From Sphingomonas sp. (lineage in GTDB: Bacteria; Pseudomonadota; Alphaproteobacteria; Sphingomonadales; Sphingomonadaceae), in NCBI RefSeq assembly GCF_036269755.1, contig NZ_DATBDV010000006.1, positions 489-64,488 of the forward strand: a stretch of 64,000 nucleotides of DNA. Direction: 5' to 3'. Below, in pieces: positions 45,536 through 56,919 of the stretch (position 1 is the first letter of the stretch; the number at the start of each line of letters is the position of its first letter). Under the pieces are notes generated by a model. The model was not told the origin of the DNA and ran no database searches. It saw nothing but the letters and a program-made list of their open reading frames with translations. A program made the translations under genes and the position numbers.

Positions 45536-46315
45536 TCACTTGCCGCGGTTCTGCCGATGCTTTTCGAGATCGAGCACCGCCGAATCCTCGCCCTCGGGCA
45601 TCAGCCCGAGCCGCCGCGCGACCTCCTGATATGCCTCGGCCTCGCCGCCTAGGTCGCGGCGGAAGCGGTCCTTGTCCATCTTTTCGTTGGTCTTCATGTC
45701 CCACAGACGGCAGCCGTCGGGGCTGATCTCGTCGGCGAGGATGATCCGGCTGTAATCGTTGTCCCAAATGCGGCCGAATTCGAGCTTGAAGTCGACCAGC
45801 CGGATGCCGACCCCGGCGAACAGTCCGCACAGGAAATCGTTCACGCGGATCGCCAGATCGGCGATGTCGTGCATCTCCTCCTGCGTTGCCCAGCCGAACG
45901 CGGCGATATGTTCGTCGGTGATCATCGGATCGCCGAGCGCATCGTCCTTGTAATAATATTCGATGATCGTGCGCGGGAGCTGGGTGCCTTCCTCGATGCC
46001 GAGCCGAGTCGACAGCGACCCGGCGGCGACGTTGCGCATGACGACCTCGATCGGCACGATCTCGACCTGGCGGATCAGCTGCTCGCGCATGTTGAGGCGA
46101 CGGATGAAATGGGTGGGCACGCCGATCAGCCCGAGCAAGGTGAAGATGTGCTCGCTGATACGGTTGTTGAGCACGCCCTTGCCGTTGATCGTGCCCTTTT
46201 TCTGCGCGTTGAACGCAGTCGCGTCGTCCTTGAAATACTGGATCAGCGTGCCGGGTTCGGGCCCCTCATAGAGGATCTTGGCCTTGCCCTCGTAGATCTG
46301 GCGGCGGCGTGCCAT
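45536..46315 (-). CDS. purC: SAICAR synthetase
   Basis: [26 protein letters not shown] and [13 protein letters not shown] motifs. Confidence 0.97.
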   Translation of the reverse strand: MARRRQIYEGKAKILYEGPEPGTLIQYFKDDATAFNAQKKGTINGKGVLNNRISEHIFTLLGLIGVPTHFIRRLNMREQLIRQVEIVPIEVVMRNVAAGSLSTRLGIEEGTQLPRTIIEYYYKDDALGDPMITDEHIAAFGWATQEEMHDIADLAIRVNDFLCGLFAGVGIRLVDFKLEFGRIWDNDYSRIILADEISPDGCRLWDMKTNEKMDKDRFRRDLGGEAEAYQEVARRLGLMPEGEDSAVLDLEKHRQNRGK

Positions 46316-46415
46316 CGTCGGCGCGTGTCCTTCATGAAACGAGCGGCCCCGGCAACGCGAGTGGCGCGCCGGGGCGGGAGCCGAGGCCCTTACAGGAAGC
46401 GTGACGGGGGCGCAA

Positions 46416-47282
46416 TCAGGCGGGCGTGTCCGCCTGCGGGACGGGGCGCCGACGCGGACGCAAGCGGCGCCACAACAGGAAGCCGCCCAACAGGATGATC
46501 CCCGGCGGGGCAAGCGCGGCGAGCAGCGTCAGCACGAACCCGATCGTGACGGTGGCGGAGCCGACGAACACGTTGGCGGCGCTGGTGATCGGTGCGCTGC
46601 CGTCGAAGCCCTGCACCGCGGGGCCGGATTCGTAATCGAATTCCATCGGCGTGTTGGCGAGCGAGTCGGTCTGCTCGCCGACGTTGCTCTTGGCGGCGGC
46701 GATCCGGTCGGTGATCGCTGCGCGCTGGTTCTGCAGTTCGGCGCGCTCGTCGCTTTTCAGATCGCTGCGCTTGGGCTCGCCGTCGATGCGTTGAAGCTCG
46801 GCTGCCGCCTGCGCGCGCAGACCCTGCTGCTTGGCGATCTCCGCCCCGGCATCGGTACCGGTGATTTCGGCATCGACCAGCTTGCCTTCGGAGGCGGTGA
46901 TCGCATCGATGCCTTGCTTGCCGAACGCCCGGGCGAGCGCGGGGTCGAGCTTGAACAGCAACGTGCCTTCGCTGCTGTTCTCGCCGAGCACGCGATAGCG
47001 CATGCCGATGATCCGGCAGCGCGCGACGCCGAGCTTTTCGCACGCCTGGGCATGCGTTTCCTGCGCGGCGGCGAGCTTTTCGGCGGGCAGGCGGAAGGCG
47101 TAGCGATAGTTGAACGCGACGCCCGGCGCGGCGGTGACCGCGATACCCGGCGCGGCGTCGCTCATCGCGGCCGGGGCGTTCGTGCCACCCCCGCCGCTCG
47201 AATAGCCGGAATTTTCGGATCTGGAGCAGCCGGCAAGCGCCAGGGCCGCAACGCAGACGGACGTCATCACCAAATGTCGCAT
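46416..47282 (-). CDS. DUF4349-like lipoprotein
   Basis: Lipobox LAGC; [20 protein letters not shown]; coiled region and C-terminal TM. Confidence 0.75.
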   Translation of the reverse strand: MRHLVMTSVCVAALALAGCSRSENSGYSSGGGGTNAPAAMSDAAPGIAVTAAPGVAFNYRYAFRLPAEKLAAAQETHAQACEKLGVARCRIIGMRYRVLGENSSEGTLLFKLDPALARAFGKQGIDAITASEGKLVDAEITGTDAGAEIAKQQGLRAQAAAELQRIDGEPKRSDLKSDERAELQNQRAAITDRIAAAKSNVGEQTDSLANTPMEFDYESGPAVQGFDGSAPITSAANVFVGSATVTIGFVLTLLAALAPPGIILLGGFLLWRRLRPRRRPVPQADTPA

Positions 47283-47349
47283 GATCGCTCTCCCAAACGC
47301 CGACAATACACCATCACATCGATAGGGTATTGCCGTCAAGCGGAGAGAT

Positions 47350-48234
47350 TCAGGAGTGAAACGCCAGTTTTATTAAATGCTTAGCCTTATTCCACGCAGA
47401 CGATCCGGGGGCGATCAGTTCGACGTGGCCGGTATTCGGGACGGTATGGAGCGTCGCTCCGCCGCGCGATTTGGCGACGTAATCGGTGGCCAGTCGGTAG
47501 GGGATGATCGTGTCCTCGCGCCCGTTGACGAGATCCTGAGCAGCCGCGAGCGGGAAGAGCCGCGGGACCGACGTGTCGGCATAGACATCGGCGCGGCCGG
47601 AGGTCGGCTTACCAACGAGTCGAGTGACGACGTCGGTGCCGCAGCCATTGTCGGGGCTGGCGGCCGTTTCCTCGAGATCGGGCAGTCCGCCGAGGCTGAT
47701 GACGTTCGCGATCGGGAGCGGGTCGGGGGTGTAGAGCGGGCTGGTCCTGGACAGGTTGGGACGTGCCGCCAGCCACAAAGCGAGGTGTCCGCCGGCACTG
47801 TGCCCCACCGCGACGATGCGCGTGAGATCGAGGTGATACTTAGCGGCGTTGGCGCGCAACAGGTCGGCTGCTGCGGCGGCATCCATAAACGTGCCGGGAT
47901 AGCCGCCGCCGGGGCGGTCGACGCCGCGATAGTCGATATTCCACACCGCATAGCCGGCGCGGCGGAGGTCTTCGGCGGCCCAATCCATGATGCTGCGGTC
48001 GGCGACACTGGTCGTCCAGCACCCGCCATGCACCATCAGCACGACCGGAAACGGGCCGGCTCCGGTGGGCAACCATAGGTCAATCTTCTGAAAGTCGTCC
48101 GCGCCATAGGCGATCGTCGCTTGCGGTGCAGGGCGCGGGCGCGACAGCAGGTCGGCCCAGGTCATCGGCGTGAAGGTATCGCTCGGCATGATCGCGAGAG
48201 ACCCCAGCAGGGCGAGGAAGGCAAGCCGGATCAT
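47350..48234 (-). CDS. Secreted alpha/beta hydrolase (lipase/esterase)
   Basis: HGGCW, GHSAGGHLALW and GHVELI motifs; signal peptide. Confidence 0.88.
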   Translation of the reverse strand: MIRLAFLALLGSLAIMPSDTFTPMTWADLLSRPRPAPQATIAYGADDFQKIDLWLPTGAGPFPVVLMVHGGCWTTSVADRSIMDWAAEDLRRAGYAVWNIDYRGVDRPGGGYPGTFMDAAAAADLLRANAAKYHLDLTRIVAVGHSAGGHLALWLAARPNLSRTSPLYTPDPLPIANVISLGGLPDLEETAASPDNGCGTDVVTRLVGKPTSGRADVYADTSVPRLFPLAAAQDLVNGREDTIIPYRLATDYVAKSRGGATLHTVPNTGHVELIAPGSSAWNKAKHLIKLAFHS

Positions 48235-48296
48235 CGCCGCGAACTATAGCATCGCCGGGCCGATCGCGAGGGAGCGGGCGATCGGCCCGGCGAGGG

Positions 48297-48485
48297 TCAG
48301 CAGCGCTCGCTGCCGATCTTCACCTGGCGCCAGCGATGCTGCCACGGTGCGTCGAATTGCTGGCGGGCCAGCGCGTCGAACGTGTCGCCGACGGCGTGTG
48401 CGAGCTTTCGAACCAGCTTATCGACGCCCGCACTGAGATGGTGATGGTTCGCGACCCAGTCGCCGCGCAGGAAATCGTCACGCAT
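48297..48485 (-). CDS. Small hypothetical protein divergent from LysR (62 aa)
   Basis: ORF with plausible composition in the typical target position for a divergent LysR. Confidence 0.55.
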   Translation of the reverse strand: MRDDFLRGDWVANHHHLSAGVDKLVRKLAHAVGDTFDALARQQFDAPWQHRWRQVKIGSERC

Positions 48486-48579
48486 GGTTCAAATCCTTCT
48501 TCGGTCTCTCGGGTTTCGCTAGCCGCTGCGATATGCGTGGCGCGCGCCGCGCGCACCAACAAATCGTTGGACACGATCG

Positions 48580-48594
48580 ACAAGCGACGCTTAT
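48580..48594. promoter_or_regulatory. Candidate LysR binding site
   Basis: ACAAGC-gac-GCTTAT imperfect dyad of 15 bp just upstream of the LysR start. Confidence 0.35.
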
Positions 48595-48603
48595 GGAAAA
48601 GCT

Positions 48604-49500
48604 ATGCGTCGCCTGCCGCCCCTTGCCGCCGTCCGCGTGTTCGAAGCCGCGGCGCGGCATGAGAATTTCACCGCCGCGGCCGCCGAGCTCGGCATGACCC
48701 AGGCCGCGGTCAGCTATCAGATCAAGGTGCTGGAAGAGCGGCTCGGCGCGCCGCTGTTCCGCCGCGAAAAGCGCCGCGTCGTACTGACCGACGCCGGCCG
48801 CGCCGCGGCGCCACCAATCACCCGCGCGTTCGACGCAATCGATTCGGCGTTCGGCGCGATCCGCGCGGCGGATGAGGCGGTACTGACCGTTTCCACCTCG
48901 AACACGTTCGCCAACACCTGGTTGGCATGGCGGCTCGGCAGCTTTCAGATGAAACACCCCGAAATGGCGGTGCGGCTGCAGACCAGCGATGCAATGGCCG
49001 ATTTCGGCAGCGACGATGTCGATGTTGCCGTCCGCGCCGGGCTGGGCGGATGGGACGGGCTGATCGAGGATTTGATCGTGCCGATCGATTTCACTCCGAT
49101 GTGCTCGCCGGGGTTCCTGCGGCGCCACGGCCCGCTCACCCCCGAAAAGCTGCTCGACGTGCCGCAGATCAGCCTGCACGATCCGTGGTGGCCATTCTGG
49201 CTGCGCGAGGCCGGGGTCGACGTCCCCGAAGGCCCGCCGCGCGCCGGGGTCCGTCTCGACAGCCAGGCGCATGAAGGCCATGCGGCGATGGCGGGGCAGG
49301 GGGTGGCGATGCTGACGCCGTTCTTCTGGCGCAACGATCTGGCGGAGGGGCGACTGGTGCGGCCGTTCGAGCAAGTCTCGACGCGCGGCTATGCCTATTG
49401 GCTTGTCTACCCCCAGGCCCGGCGCGGCACGCCCAAGATCAAGCGCTTCCGCGAATGGCTGCTCGCGGAATTGGCGCGTGATCTGCCGAGCCCAGTCTAG
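48604..49500 (+). CDS. LysR family regulator (GcvA/AmpR-like)
   Basis: LPPLAAVRVFEAAARHENFTAAAAELGMTQAAVSYQIK. Confidence 0.93.
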   Translation: MRRLPPLAAVRVFEAAARHENFTAAAAELGMTQAAVSYQIKVLEERLGAPLFRREKRRVVLTDAGRAAAPPITRAFDAIDSAFGAIRAADEAVLTVSTSNTFANTWLAWRLGSFQMKHPEMAVRLQTSDAMADFGSDDVDVAVRAGLGGWDGLIEDLIVPIDFTPMCSPGFLRRHGPLTPEKLLDVPQISLHDPWWPFWLREAGVDVPEGPPRAGVRLDSQAHEGHAAMAGQGVAMLTPFFWRNDLAEGRLVRPFEQVSTRGYAYWLVYPQARRGTPKIKRFREWLLAELARDLPSPV

Positions 49501-49563
49501 CCGCCCACAGCTTTGCGGCCACTGGCTGTTCCCTCTTTGATCAATCCGCACTAACCGAAGCCG

Positions 49564-51813
49564 ATGGCTTCAGAGATTACCGACCTTCCCGACAATCCCC
49601 CAATCGCCGTGCTGGACGCTCCGTTCGATAGCGCGCTTTCCGAACGCTATCTCGTCTACGCGCTGTCGACGATCACCGCGCGGTCGTTGCCCGACGTCCG
49701 CGACGGGCTCAAGCCGGTGCACCGCCGGCTGCTGTGGGCGATGCGGTTGCTGCGGATGGATCCGGCGGGCGCGTACAAGAAATCGGCGCGCGTCGTCGGC
49801 GACGTGATCGGCAAGTATCATCCGCACGGCGACCAGTCGGTCTACGACGCCATGGTCCGGCTCGCGCAGGATTTCTCGCTGCGCTACCCGCTGGTCGACG
49901 GGCAGGGCAATTTCGGGAATATCGATGGCGATAACGCCGCCGCGTACCGTTATACCGAAGCGCGGCTGACCCAGGTCGCGATCGACCTGATGAACGGGCT
50001 CGACGAGGACGCGGTCGGGTTCCGCCCGACCTACAATAACGAGGATCACGAGCCCGAGCTGATGCCGGGGCTGTTCCCCAATCTGCTCGCCAACGGCGCC
50101 GCCGGGATCGCGGTCGGGATGGCGACGAGCATCCCGCCGCACAATGCCGCGGAATTGCTCGACGCGGCCGTCGCGCTGATCGACAACGCGCAGGCGAACG
50201 TGCTCGATTACGTCAAGGGGCCGGACTTCCCGACCGGTGGCTTGGTCGTCGACAGTCCGGCGGCGATCGCCGAATGTTACGCGACCGGGCGCGGCTCGTT
50301 CCGGACGCGCGCCAGGATCGAGCGAGTCAATGAAAAGGGCGGCGGCTGGCATCTGGTCGTGGCCGAAATCCCCTATGGCGTGTCCAAGGGCAAGCTGATC
50401 GAGAACATCGCCGACCTGATCAACGACAAGAAGCTGCCGATCCTCGGCGACGTGCGCGACGAGTCGGCCGAGGATTTGCGCATCGTCCTCGAACCGCGCA
50501 GCCGCACGGTCGATTCCGACACGCTGATGGAGAGCCTGTTTCGGCTGTCCGATCTCGAAACGCGCATTCCCCTCAACCTCAACGTTCTCGACGCGACGCG
50601 CACGCCGCGGGTGATGAGCCTCAAGGAAGCGCTCGCCGCCTGGGTCGATCACCAGTTCGTCGTTTTGCGCCGCCGTTCGCGGCATCGGCTCGACAAGATC
50701 GCCGACCGGCTCGAACTGCTCGGTGGGTATCTGATCGCATTCCTCAACCTCGACCGAGTAATCGAGATCATCCGTACCGAGGACGAGCCCAAGCCAGTGA
50801 TGATGGCGGAGTTCGGCCTGACCGATCGCCAGGCCGAAGCGATCCTCAACATGCGCTTGCGCAGCTTGCGGCGGCTCGAGGAAATAGAAATCCGCAAGGA
50901 GCGCGACGGGCTGGAGAAGGAACAGGGCGAACTTGAGTTGCTGCTGTCGAGCGACGCGCGGCAGCGCACGCGGCTGAAGCGCGACCTCGGCAAGATACGC
51001 GAGCGCTACGGTCCGGAAACGGCGCTCGGCAAGCGCCGCACGACGATCGAGGAAGCTGCGCCCGCGCGCGAAATCCCCTTGGAAGCGATGATCGACCGCG
51101 AGCCGATCACCGTGATCCTCTCGCAACGCGGCTGGATTCGCGCGATGAAGGGGCATGTCGAGCTCGCGAGTGCCGACGCGATGAAGTTCAAGGAAGGCGA
51201 CGGCGCGTTCCTTGCCTTCCACGCGCAGACCACCGACAAGCTGCTCCTCGCCGCGGAGAACGGCAGGTTCTACACCTTGGCCTCCGACCGCTTGCCCGGC
51301 GGGCGCGGGTTCGGCGAGCCGGTGCGGCTGATGATCGATCTCGACGGCGCGGTCGGGATCGTCGCGCTGTTTCCCGCCGGTCGATCCGAAAGATTGCTCG
51401 TGGCCGCGTCGGACGGGCGAGGCTTCGTGCTCAAGGCGGCGGACGCCGTGGCGGAGACGCGCAAGGGCAAAGGCGTGGTCAGTCCGCGCGCGGGGGCCAA
51501 GCTCAAGCTGGTCAGGCCGATCGCGCCCGACGACGATTACGTCGCGGCGATCGGCGACAATCGCAAGATGCTGGTCTTCCCGCTGGCCGAGGTCGCCGAG
51601 CTCGCCAAGGGGCAGGGCGTCCAGCTCCAGCGCTATCGCGACGGTGGGCTGGCCGATGCGACGACCTTCAAGTTCGCCGAAGGTCTGAGCTGGGCAATGG
51701 GCGGCGAGAGCGGACGGACGCGGACCGAAACCGACCTCCAGCCATGGCGCACCGCGCGCGGTGCCGCAGGCCGGATGCCGCCGACCGGGTTCCCGCGCGA
51801 CAATCGATTCTGA
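49564..51813 (+). CDS. parC: DNA topoisomerase IV subunit A
   Basis: [21 protein letters not shown] and [11 protein letters not shown]; short C-terminal pinwheel. Confidence 0.95.
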   Translation: MASEITDLPDNPPIAVLDAPFDSALSERYLVYALSTITARSLPDVRDGLKPVHRRLLWAMRLLRMDPAGAYKKSARVVGDVIGKYHPHGDQSVYDAMVRLAQDFSLRYPLVDGQGNFGNIDGDNAAAYRYTEARLTQVAIDLMNGLDEDAVGFRPTYNNEDHEPELMPGLFPNLLANGAAGIAVGMATSIPPHNAAELLDAAVALIDNAQANVLDYVKGPDFPTGGLVVDSPAAIAECYATGRGSFRTRARIERVNEKGGGWHLVVAEIPYGVSKGKLIENIADLINDKKLPILGDVRDESAEDLRIVLEPRSRTVDSDTLMESLFRLSDLETRIPLNLNVLDATRTPRVMSLKEALAAWVDHQFVVLRRRSRHRLDKIADRLELLGGYLIAFLNLDRVIEIIRTEDEPKPVMMAEFGLTDRQAEAILNMRLRSLRRLEEIEIRKERDGLEKEQGELELLLSSDARQRTRLKRDLGKIRERYGPETALGKRRTTIEEAAPAREIPLEAMIDREPITVILSQRGWIRAMKGHVELASADAMKFKEGDGAFLAFHAQTTDKLLLAAENGRFYTLASDRLPGGRGFGEPVRLMIDLDGAVGIVALFPAGRSERLLVAASDGRGFVLKAADAVAETRKGKGVVSPRAGAKLKLVRPIAPDDDYVAAIGDNRKMLVFPLAEVAELAKGQGVQLQRYRDGGLADATTFKFAEGLSWAMGGESGRTRTETDLQPWRTARGAAGRMPPTGFPRDNRF

Positions 51814-51873
51814 TACCCTGGTTTAGGTCAAGCTTCAGAGCACCTTAACCAATGCCGATTAGGCGGGTCGGCA

Positions 51874-53595
51874 ATGTCACTTGGCTTTTCCCGCGCGAAG
51901 ACCGCTCGCGCCGCCGCGGTCGCTTTGCCCGACGCGGTGCCGGCCGTGCTTGAGCCGCAGCAAATCGCCAACGTGGCTGCGTCGATCGAGCTGATCCCGG
52001 TGGCGCTCGCACTGGTCGGCCCGGGCGATGGCGGCGTCGTCATCGCGGCCGCCAACAGCGCCTTCCGCCAGGCCGGGCTGGGGGCAGACGGCGACGGTTC
52101 GCCGATGGTCGAACAGCTCGGCGAGCGCATCGCCGCATTCCTTGCGAGCGACAAGGAGCGCGAGGAGTTTTCCTGGGAATATGGCGCCGCGGTCGATTGC
52201 CGGTATTTCCGCGTGATGGCCGCGCGCCGCTCCGCGCAATCGAGCCACTGCTTCGTCACCTTGACCGATCACACCGGCGAGCTTCGCACCGAGCGCAACT
52301 TGCGGCGCGAAATGATGACTGACAGCCTGACCGGGCTGCCCAATCGCGCCGCCTTCAGCGAACGGCTGGAGGAACGGATTGCGGCGGGTGAGGATACCGC
52401 GCGCTACGCCGTGCTGATCGTCGATCTCGACCGCTTCAGCCGAGTCAATGCGTGCCTCGGTTCGATGGCCGGCGACGAATTGCTGATCACCGTCGCGCGG
52501 CGGCTGAAGGGCGCGCTCCGTGCGGTCGACGTGCTGGCGCGCACCGGCGGTGACGAGTTCGGCATCCTGCTGACGCTCGAGCAAAGCGGCGCCGAGGCCG
52601 ACCAGGTCGCGCACCGCATTGAACAGGCGCTGGCGACGCCGTTTCGCCTGTCCGATTTCGAGATCCGAGTCGCTTGCTCGATCGGCATCGCGTTCGGGTC
52701 GGACGACGTCGAAGATCCCGAGGACTTGATCCGCCACGCGCAGTTTGCGGTGAAGCGTTCGAAGACGTCGGGCCACGCCGAACACTACCAGACGCGCGCG
52801 TTCGACGCGGCGCGGACTCAGTTCGGGATCGAGACCGAGCTTCGCCGCGCGATCGAGAACGGGGCGTTGCGGCTGAGTTTCCAGCCTATCTGCGATCTGG
52901 CGAGCGGCCGGATCGTATCGTTCGAATCGCTCGCGCGCTGGACCAGCGAGAGCGGTCAGGAATATTCGCCCACCGAATTCATACCGGTCGCCGAAGAATC
53001 GGGGCTGATCGTGCCGCTCGGGCGCTGGGCGCTCGACGAGGCCGCGCGGACGCTACGCGCGTGGGACGTGCGCGCGGGCGGGGGATGCGGGGTGCGGTTC
53101 GCGGTCAATCTGTCGGCGATCCAGCTGCACCGCGACGACATCGCGCCCGCGGTCGAATCGGCGCTGACGGCGCACCAGCTCGCCGGCAGCCGCTTCACGC
53201 TCGAGCTGACCGAAAGCGCGCTGATCGCCGATCCCGCGCGCGTGTCGGACATGATGCATGCGCTCAAGCAGCTAGGCACGACGCTGGCGATGGACGATTT
53301 CGGGACGGGCTATTCGAACCTGGCCTACCTCCAGAAGCTGCCGATCGATGTCCTCAAGATCGACCGCAGCTTCGTCACCGGTATGCTCGCCGACCGCGAC
53401 AAGATCGCGATCGTGCGCGCGATCCTCAGCCTCGCGCAGGCACTGGGAATGGATACCACCGCCGAAGGAATCGAGACCAACGAACTCGCGCAGACGCTCG
53501 CGGCGCTCGGCTGCACCTATGGTCAGGGGTATGTCTATGCCAAGCCGCTCGAAGCCGACGCGGCCTACGATTTCCTGATGGCGTCCAACAGCTGA
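51874..53595 (+). CDS. GGDEF-EAL c-di-GMP metabolism protein
   Basis: DSLTGLPNR, GGDEF, FESLARW, DDFGTGYS, LKID and TAEGIET motifs. Confidence 0.94.
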   Translation: MSLGFSRAKTARAAAVALPDAVPAVLEPQQIANVAASIELIPVALALVGPGDGGVVIAAANSAFRQAGLGADGDGSPMVEQLGERIAAFLASDKEREEFSWEYGAAVDCRYFRVMAARRSAQSSHCFVTLTDHTGELRTERNLRREMMTDSLTGLPNRAAFSERLEERIAAGEDTARYAVLIVDLDRFSRVNACLGSMAGDELLITVARRLKGALRAVDVLARTGGDEFGILLTLEQSGAEADQVAHRIEQALATPFRLSDFEIRVACSIGIAFGSDDVEDPEDLIRHAQFAVKRSKTSGHAEHYQTRAFDAARTQFGIETELRRAIENGALRLSFQPICDLASGRIVSFESLARWTSESGQEYSPTEFIPVAEESGLIVPLGRWALDEAARTLRAWDVRAGGGCGVRFAVNLSAIQLHRDDIAPAVESALTAHQLAGSRFTLELTESALIADPARVSDMMHALKQLGTTLAMDDFGTGYSNLAYLQKLPIDVLKIDRSFVTGMLADRDKIAIVRAILSLAQALGMDTTAEGIETNELAQTLAALGCTYGQGYVYAKPLEADAAYDFLMASNS

Positions 53596-54743
53596 GCGAC
53601 TTCGTCGTCGGCGATCGCGGCGACACGCGCGGCATCGGGAAAACCTTCGGCGATCCAGCGATCCTCGATTCGGCGTAGCGTTCGCGCGACGTCGGGGCCG
53701 GCGGTGAGCCCTTTCGCGACCAGCTGACCGCCCGACAGCGGCAAGCGCGGCGGCGTCCAACCGTCAAGATCGGCGGTGCTTTCGCCCGCCAGCAGCAGGC
53801 GATCGACCGCGAAATCCACGCCGATACGATAAGCGAGCGCGCGCGGCGCCGAATCGGCGGGGAGCATCGCGCTTTCGAGACGGCGGCGCTGGAGGTTGGA
53901 CAGCTTGAGCCGCGCGCCGACATTGGCCGCGGCCGCCGGATCGGGCGGCAGCAGCGCGGCGAGCCGGCGGATCGGGTCGGGCACGACGCCAGCCTCGGCT
54001 TCCGCGCGGGCCAGCGCCGCGAGCCGCAGCGCATCGGCAATCTCGGGCAGAACGGGCGCAAGGATGCCACGGTCGATCATCAGTTCGACCACTTCAGGCG
54101 CGCGCGGCGCGACCAGCAGGCGCAACAGCTCGTTGGCGATCCGCTCGCGCGACAGCGCCATCAAATCGTTGGCGCGATCGGTGCAGGCGGCGAGCCCCGC
54201 CGGATCGGGCGTATCGCCGAACCGCGCGAGAAAGCGAAAGAAGCGCAGGATACGCAAATGATCCTCGGCGATACGCACCAGCGGATTGCCGATGAAGCGC
54301 ACGTGCCGTGCCTCCAGATCGGCGATACCGTTGAAATAATCGAATATCTCGCCGCTTTCGGGATCGGCATAGAGCGCGTTGAACGTGAAATCGCGCCGCG
54401 CCGCGTCCTCGCGCCAATCGTCGGTGAACGCGACCGTCGCGTGGCGGCCGTCGGTGTCGACGTCTCGCCGCAGCGTCGTGACCTCGTACACCTCCTCGTC
54501 CGACACCGCGGTGATCGTGCCGTGCTGAATCCCCGTCGGCACCGTCTTGATCTGCACCGCTTCGAGCAACCGAATCACCTCGTCAGGCGCATGGATCGTC
54601 GCGAGGTCGATGTCGGCGGTTGGTAGCCCGAGCAATGTATCGCGCACTGCGCCGCCGACGATGCGCGCGGTCCCGGGGCCGAGCGCGGCGATCAGCCGGG
54701 CCAGCCCCGGGCGGTCGCGCCACGCGGCGGGCGGCAGGGTCAT
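53565..54743 (-). CDS. cca: CCA-adding tRNA nucleotidyltransferase
   Basis: VGGAVRD, DIDLAT, RRDFTFNA and EDHLRILRFFRF motifs. Confidence 0.92.
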   Translation of the reverse strand: MTLPPAAWRDRPGLARLIAALGPGTARIVGGAVRDTLLGLPTADIDLATIHAPDEVIRLLEAVQIKTVPTGIQHGTITAVSDEEVYEVTTLRRDVDTDGRHATVAFTDDWREDAARRDFTFNALYADPESGEIFDYFNGIADLEARHVRFIGNPLVRIAEDHLRILRFFRFLARFGDTPDPAGLAACTDRANDLMALSRERIANELLRLLVAPRAPEVVELMIDRGILAPVLPEIADALRLAALARAEAEAGVVPDPIRRLAALLPPDPAAAANVGARLKLSNLQRRRLESAMLPADSAPRALAYRIGVDFAVDRLLLAGESTADLDGWTPPRLPLSGGQLVAKGLTAGPDVARTLRRIEDRWIAEGFPDAARVAAIADDEVAQLLDAIRKS

Positions 54744-55336
54744 GCCACCCATCGCAGCCGCCGCGACAGATTGACGATCATCGCTGCGGTCGCGCCCCAG
54801 ATGCGGCGGTCGCGCCAGTTGATCTCGTAATAGGTCCGCGTGCGTCCCTGCCATTCGGCCTGCGTCTCGACCTGGTTGGCGGGGTCGAACACAAAGGCCA
54901 GCGGCACCTCGAACACGTCGGCGACCTCAGCCTCGTTGGGACGATAATCGAGGTCGGGGGCGATCACGCCGATCACCGGGGTCACCGAAAAGCCGGTGAC
55001 GGTGAGGTACAGGTCCGCGGGTCCGATCACTTCGACGGCGTCTCGGGGCAGCGCGATTTCCTCTTCGGCTTCGCGCAAGGCCGCAGCGGCGGCATCGACA
55101 TCCTCGGGATCGATTCGCCCCCCGGGAAACGCGACTTGCCCGGCGTGACGGCGCAACGTCTCGGTGCGCTGGGTGAGGATCACCCCCGGCTCGGGACGGT
55201 CGGTGATCGCGACCAGCACGGCCGCGGCCGCGGGATCGCCCGCGTCGAACGGCGGGATCCGCTGGTCCCCGGCGAGCAGTATCGGCGTGTGATCGTCCGC
55301 CGTGAGCGCGGCGCGCAGCCGCTCGGCGAGCGTCAT
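54740..55336 (-). CDS. CoA pyrophosphatase (Nudix)
   Basis: HAGQVAFPGG..AALREAEEE and IWGATA motifs. Confidence 0.9.
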   Translation of the reverse strand: MTLAERLRAALTADDHTPILLAGDQRIPPFDAGDPAAAAVLVAITDRPEPGVILTQRTETLRRHAGQVAFPGGRIDPEDVDAAAAALREAEEEIALPRDAVEVIGPADLYLTVTGFSVTPVIGVIAPDLDYRPNEAEVADVFEVPLAFVFDPANQVETQAEWQGRTRTYYEINWRDRRIWGATAAMIVNLSRRLRWVA

Positions 55337-55899
55337 GCGCCCGGCTCGAGCGCGAAAAAGGCGCCGTTGCTCCACACGCCGGTCGGGTCGTCGTCGCGCG
55401 CAAGCGCCCGCTCCGCAATCTCGTAATAGACACTGCGCGCGACCAGCGCTTCGAGCCTGCCGCGAACATGCAGGTACGGGCGAGGGCCATCCTCGCTTAG
55501 TTCAAAGCGCAAGCGGTGCTCGGCGTCCGCGCTCACCAGCTCCCCGGTGTTGAGCCGAAACGCCAGCCGAGATTCGCGCCCTTCGCCTTCGGCCTTCATC
55601 TCGACTGCGACGAACGGCGCATCCTCCACCGCGATGTCGAGCTTCTCGACCGGCGTCACCAGCACATAGCCGCCGTCTGCGTCGCGGCGCAGGATGGTCG
55701 AGAACAGCCGCACCATCTCTTGCCGGCCGATCGGCGAACCCATGTGAAACCAGGTGCCGTCGCGCGCGATCCGCATGTCGCTATTGCCGCAGTGCGTGGG
55801 GTTCCACTTGTCGACCGGCGGCAGGCGCTTCTCCGCGGCCAGTCGCGCGACGTCGGCGAGCGACAGGCTGGCGAGGTCGGGGGGCGGCTCCATCGGCAT
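55333..55899 (-). CDS. DUF1285 family protein
   Basis: LPPVDKWNP..CG..MRIARDGTWFH.GSPIGR; VTPVEK. Confidence 0.85.
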   Translation of the reverse strand: MPMEPPPDLASLSLADVARLAAEKRLPPVDKWNPTHCGNSDMRIARDGTWFHMGSPIGRQEMVRLFSTILRRDADGGYVLVTPVEKLDIAVEDAPFVAVEMKAEGEGRESRLAFRLNTGELVSADAEHRLRFELSEDGPRPYLHVRGRLEALVARSVYYEIAERALARDDDPTGVWSNGAFFALEPGA

Positions 55900-55923
55900 G
55901 GAGCGTGGCTAGGGCAGGGGGGG

Positions 55924-56436
55924 CTAAGCCGCAACCGTGACGCGAGGGCCCAGCATCCCGGCGATCGCGGGGACGGCCGAACCGCGCGCGAGCAGCCGGC
56001 GCGGTTCGACCGGACCGGGAAGCCGCCAGCGAGCGGTTCGTTCGGCCGTGAAGCCGAAGAAACGCTCGTAATATTCGGGATCGCCGACCAGCATGATCGC
56101 GCGATCCTCGCCCGAAGCATGCGCTGCATCAAGCGCGCGGTGCATCAGTTGCTTACCGAGCCCGGCGCGTTGCCGTTCGGGATCGACCGCGACCGGGCCG
56201 ACCATCACCATCGGCGCGGTCTCGCCGTCGTCGCCCGCGATCTCGACGGGCCAGCACTGGATCGTGCCGATCAGCTCGCCCCCCTCGACCGCTGCGAAAC
56301 TCAGATGCGCTATCGCGCCCACACCCTCGCGCAGCCGGTACGCGGTCTTGCTATGCCGGTTGCGGCCGAACGCGCGGTCCAGCAGCGCCTCGACGGCGGC
56401 GGGAACGACGGCTGTGATCGGGACGAATTCCAGCAC
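55924..56436 (-). CDS. GNAT N-acetyltransferase
   Basis: GPVAVDPERQRAGLGKQL and GDPEYYERFFGF motifs. Confidence 0.88.
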   Translation of the reverse strand: MLEFVPITAVVPAAVEALLDRAFGRNRHSKTAYRLREGVGAIAHLSFAAVEGGELIGTIQCWPVEIAGDDGETAPMVMVGPVAVDPERQRAGLGKQLMHRALDAAHASGEDRAIMLVGDPEYYERFFGFTAERTARWRLPGPVEPRRLLARGSAVPAIAGMLGPRVTVAA

Positions 56437-56547
56437 TTCGGTTCCTTGTCGGCGCGGGGCGAAGGGCGCGGCGCTTTAACGCTCTCGCCCGCGAATACAA
56501 GCGCGCGGGGTTGATCGCCGGGGCGGAGACGGGCAGGGCGCGCCGCG

Positions 56548-56919
56548 ATGACCGACCGCCTGCAACTCCATGTGCACGATCTCGACGTGATGGTGCTGAC
56601 CGGCATCTATTCCGAGGAAACGCACCTGCCGCAGCCGCTGCGGATATCGATCACGGTCGACCTCGACCTGCCGGCCCGGTTCGACCCCGAATCGCCGTTG
56701 AGCGAATCGAAGAACTATCTCGACCTCAAACACGCCGCGACGACCGCGCTGCCGCCGGGCGTGCACTTCAAGCTGGTCGAAGCTGTCGCCGACCATATCT
56801 GCGAAACGCTGATCTTGCAGGACAAGCGAGTCGCTCGAGTCGAAGTGAAGATCGTCAAGCTCGCGATCGCGGAGGCCGGCGAATCGATCGGCATCACGCT
56901 GGTTCGTCACCGCCGTTAG
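56548..56919 (+). CDS. folB: Dihydroneopterin aldolase family
   Basis: GIYSEE..QPLRISI; NYLD; LVEAVAD; KIVKLAI. Confidence 0.75.
   Translation: MTDRLQLHVHDLDVMVLTGIYSEETHLPQPLRISITVDLDLPARFDPESPLSESKNYLDLKHAATTALPPGVHFKLVEAVADHICETLILQDKRVARVEVKIVKLAIAEAGESIGITLVRHRR

Noticed and set aside
49570-51222. 550-aa antisense ORF over parC, and similar long antisense or alternative-frame ORFs over the oxidoreductase, nadE, wzx, dnaE2 and others
   Set aside because: Typical stop-poor shadow ORFs in high-GC DNA, fully overlapping well-supported genes.
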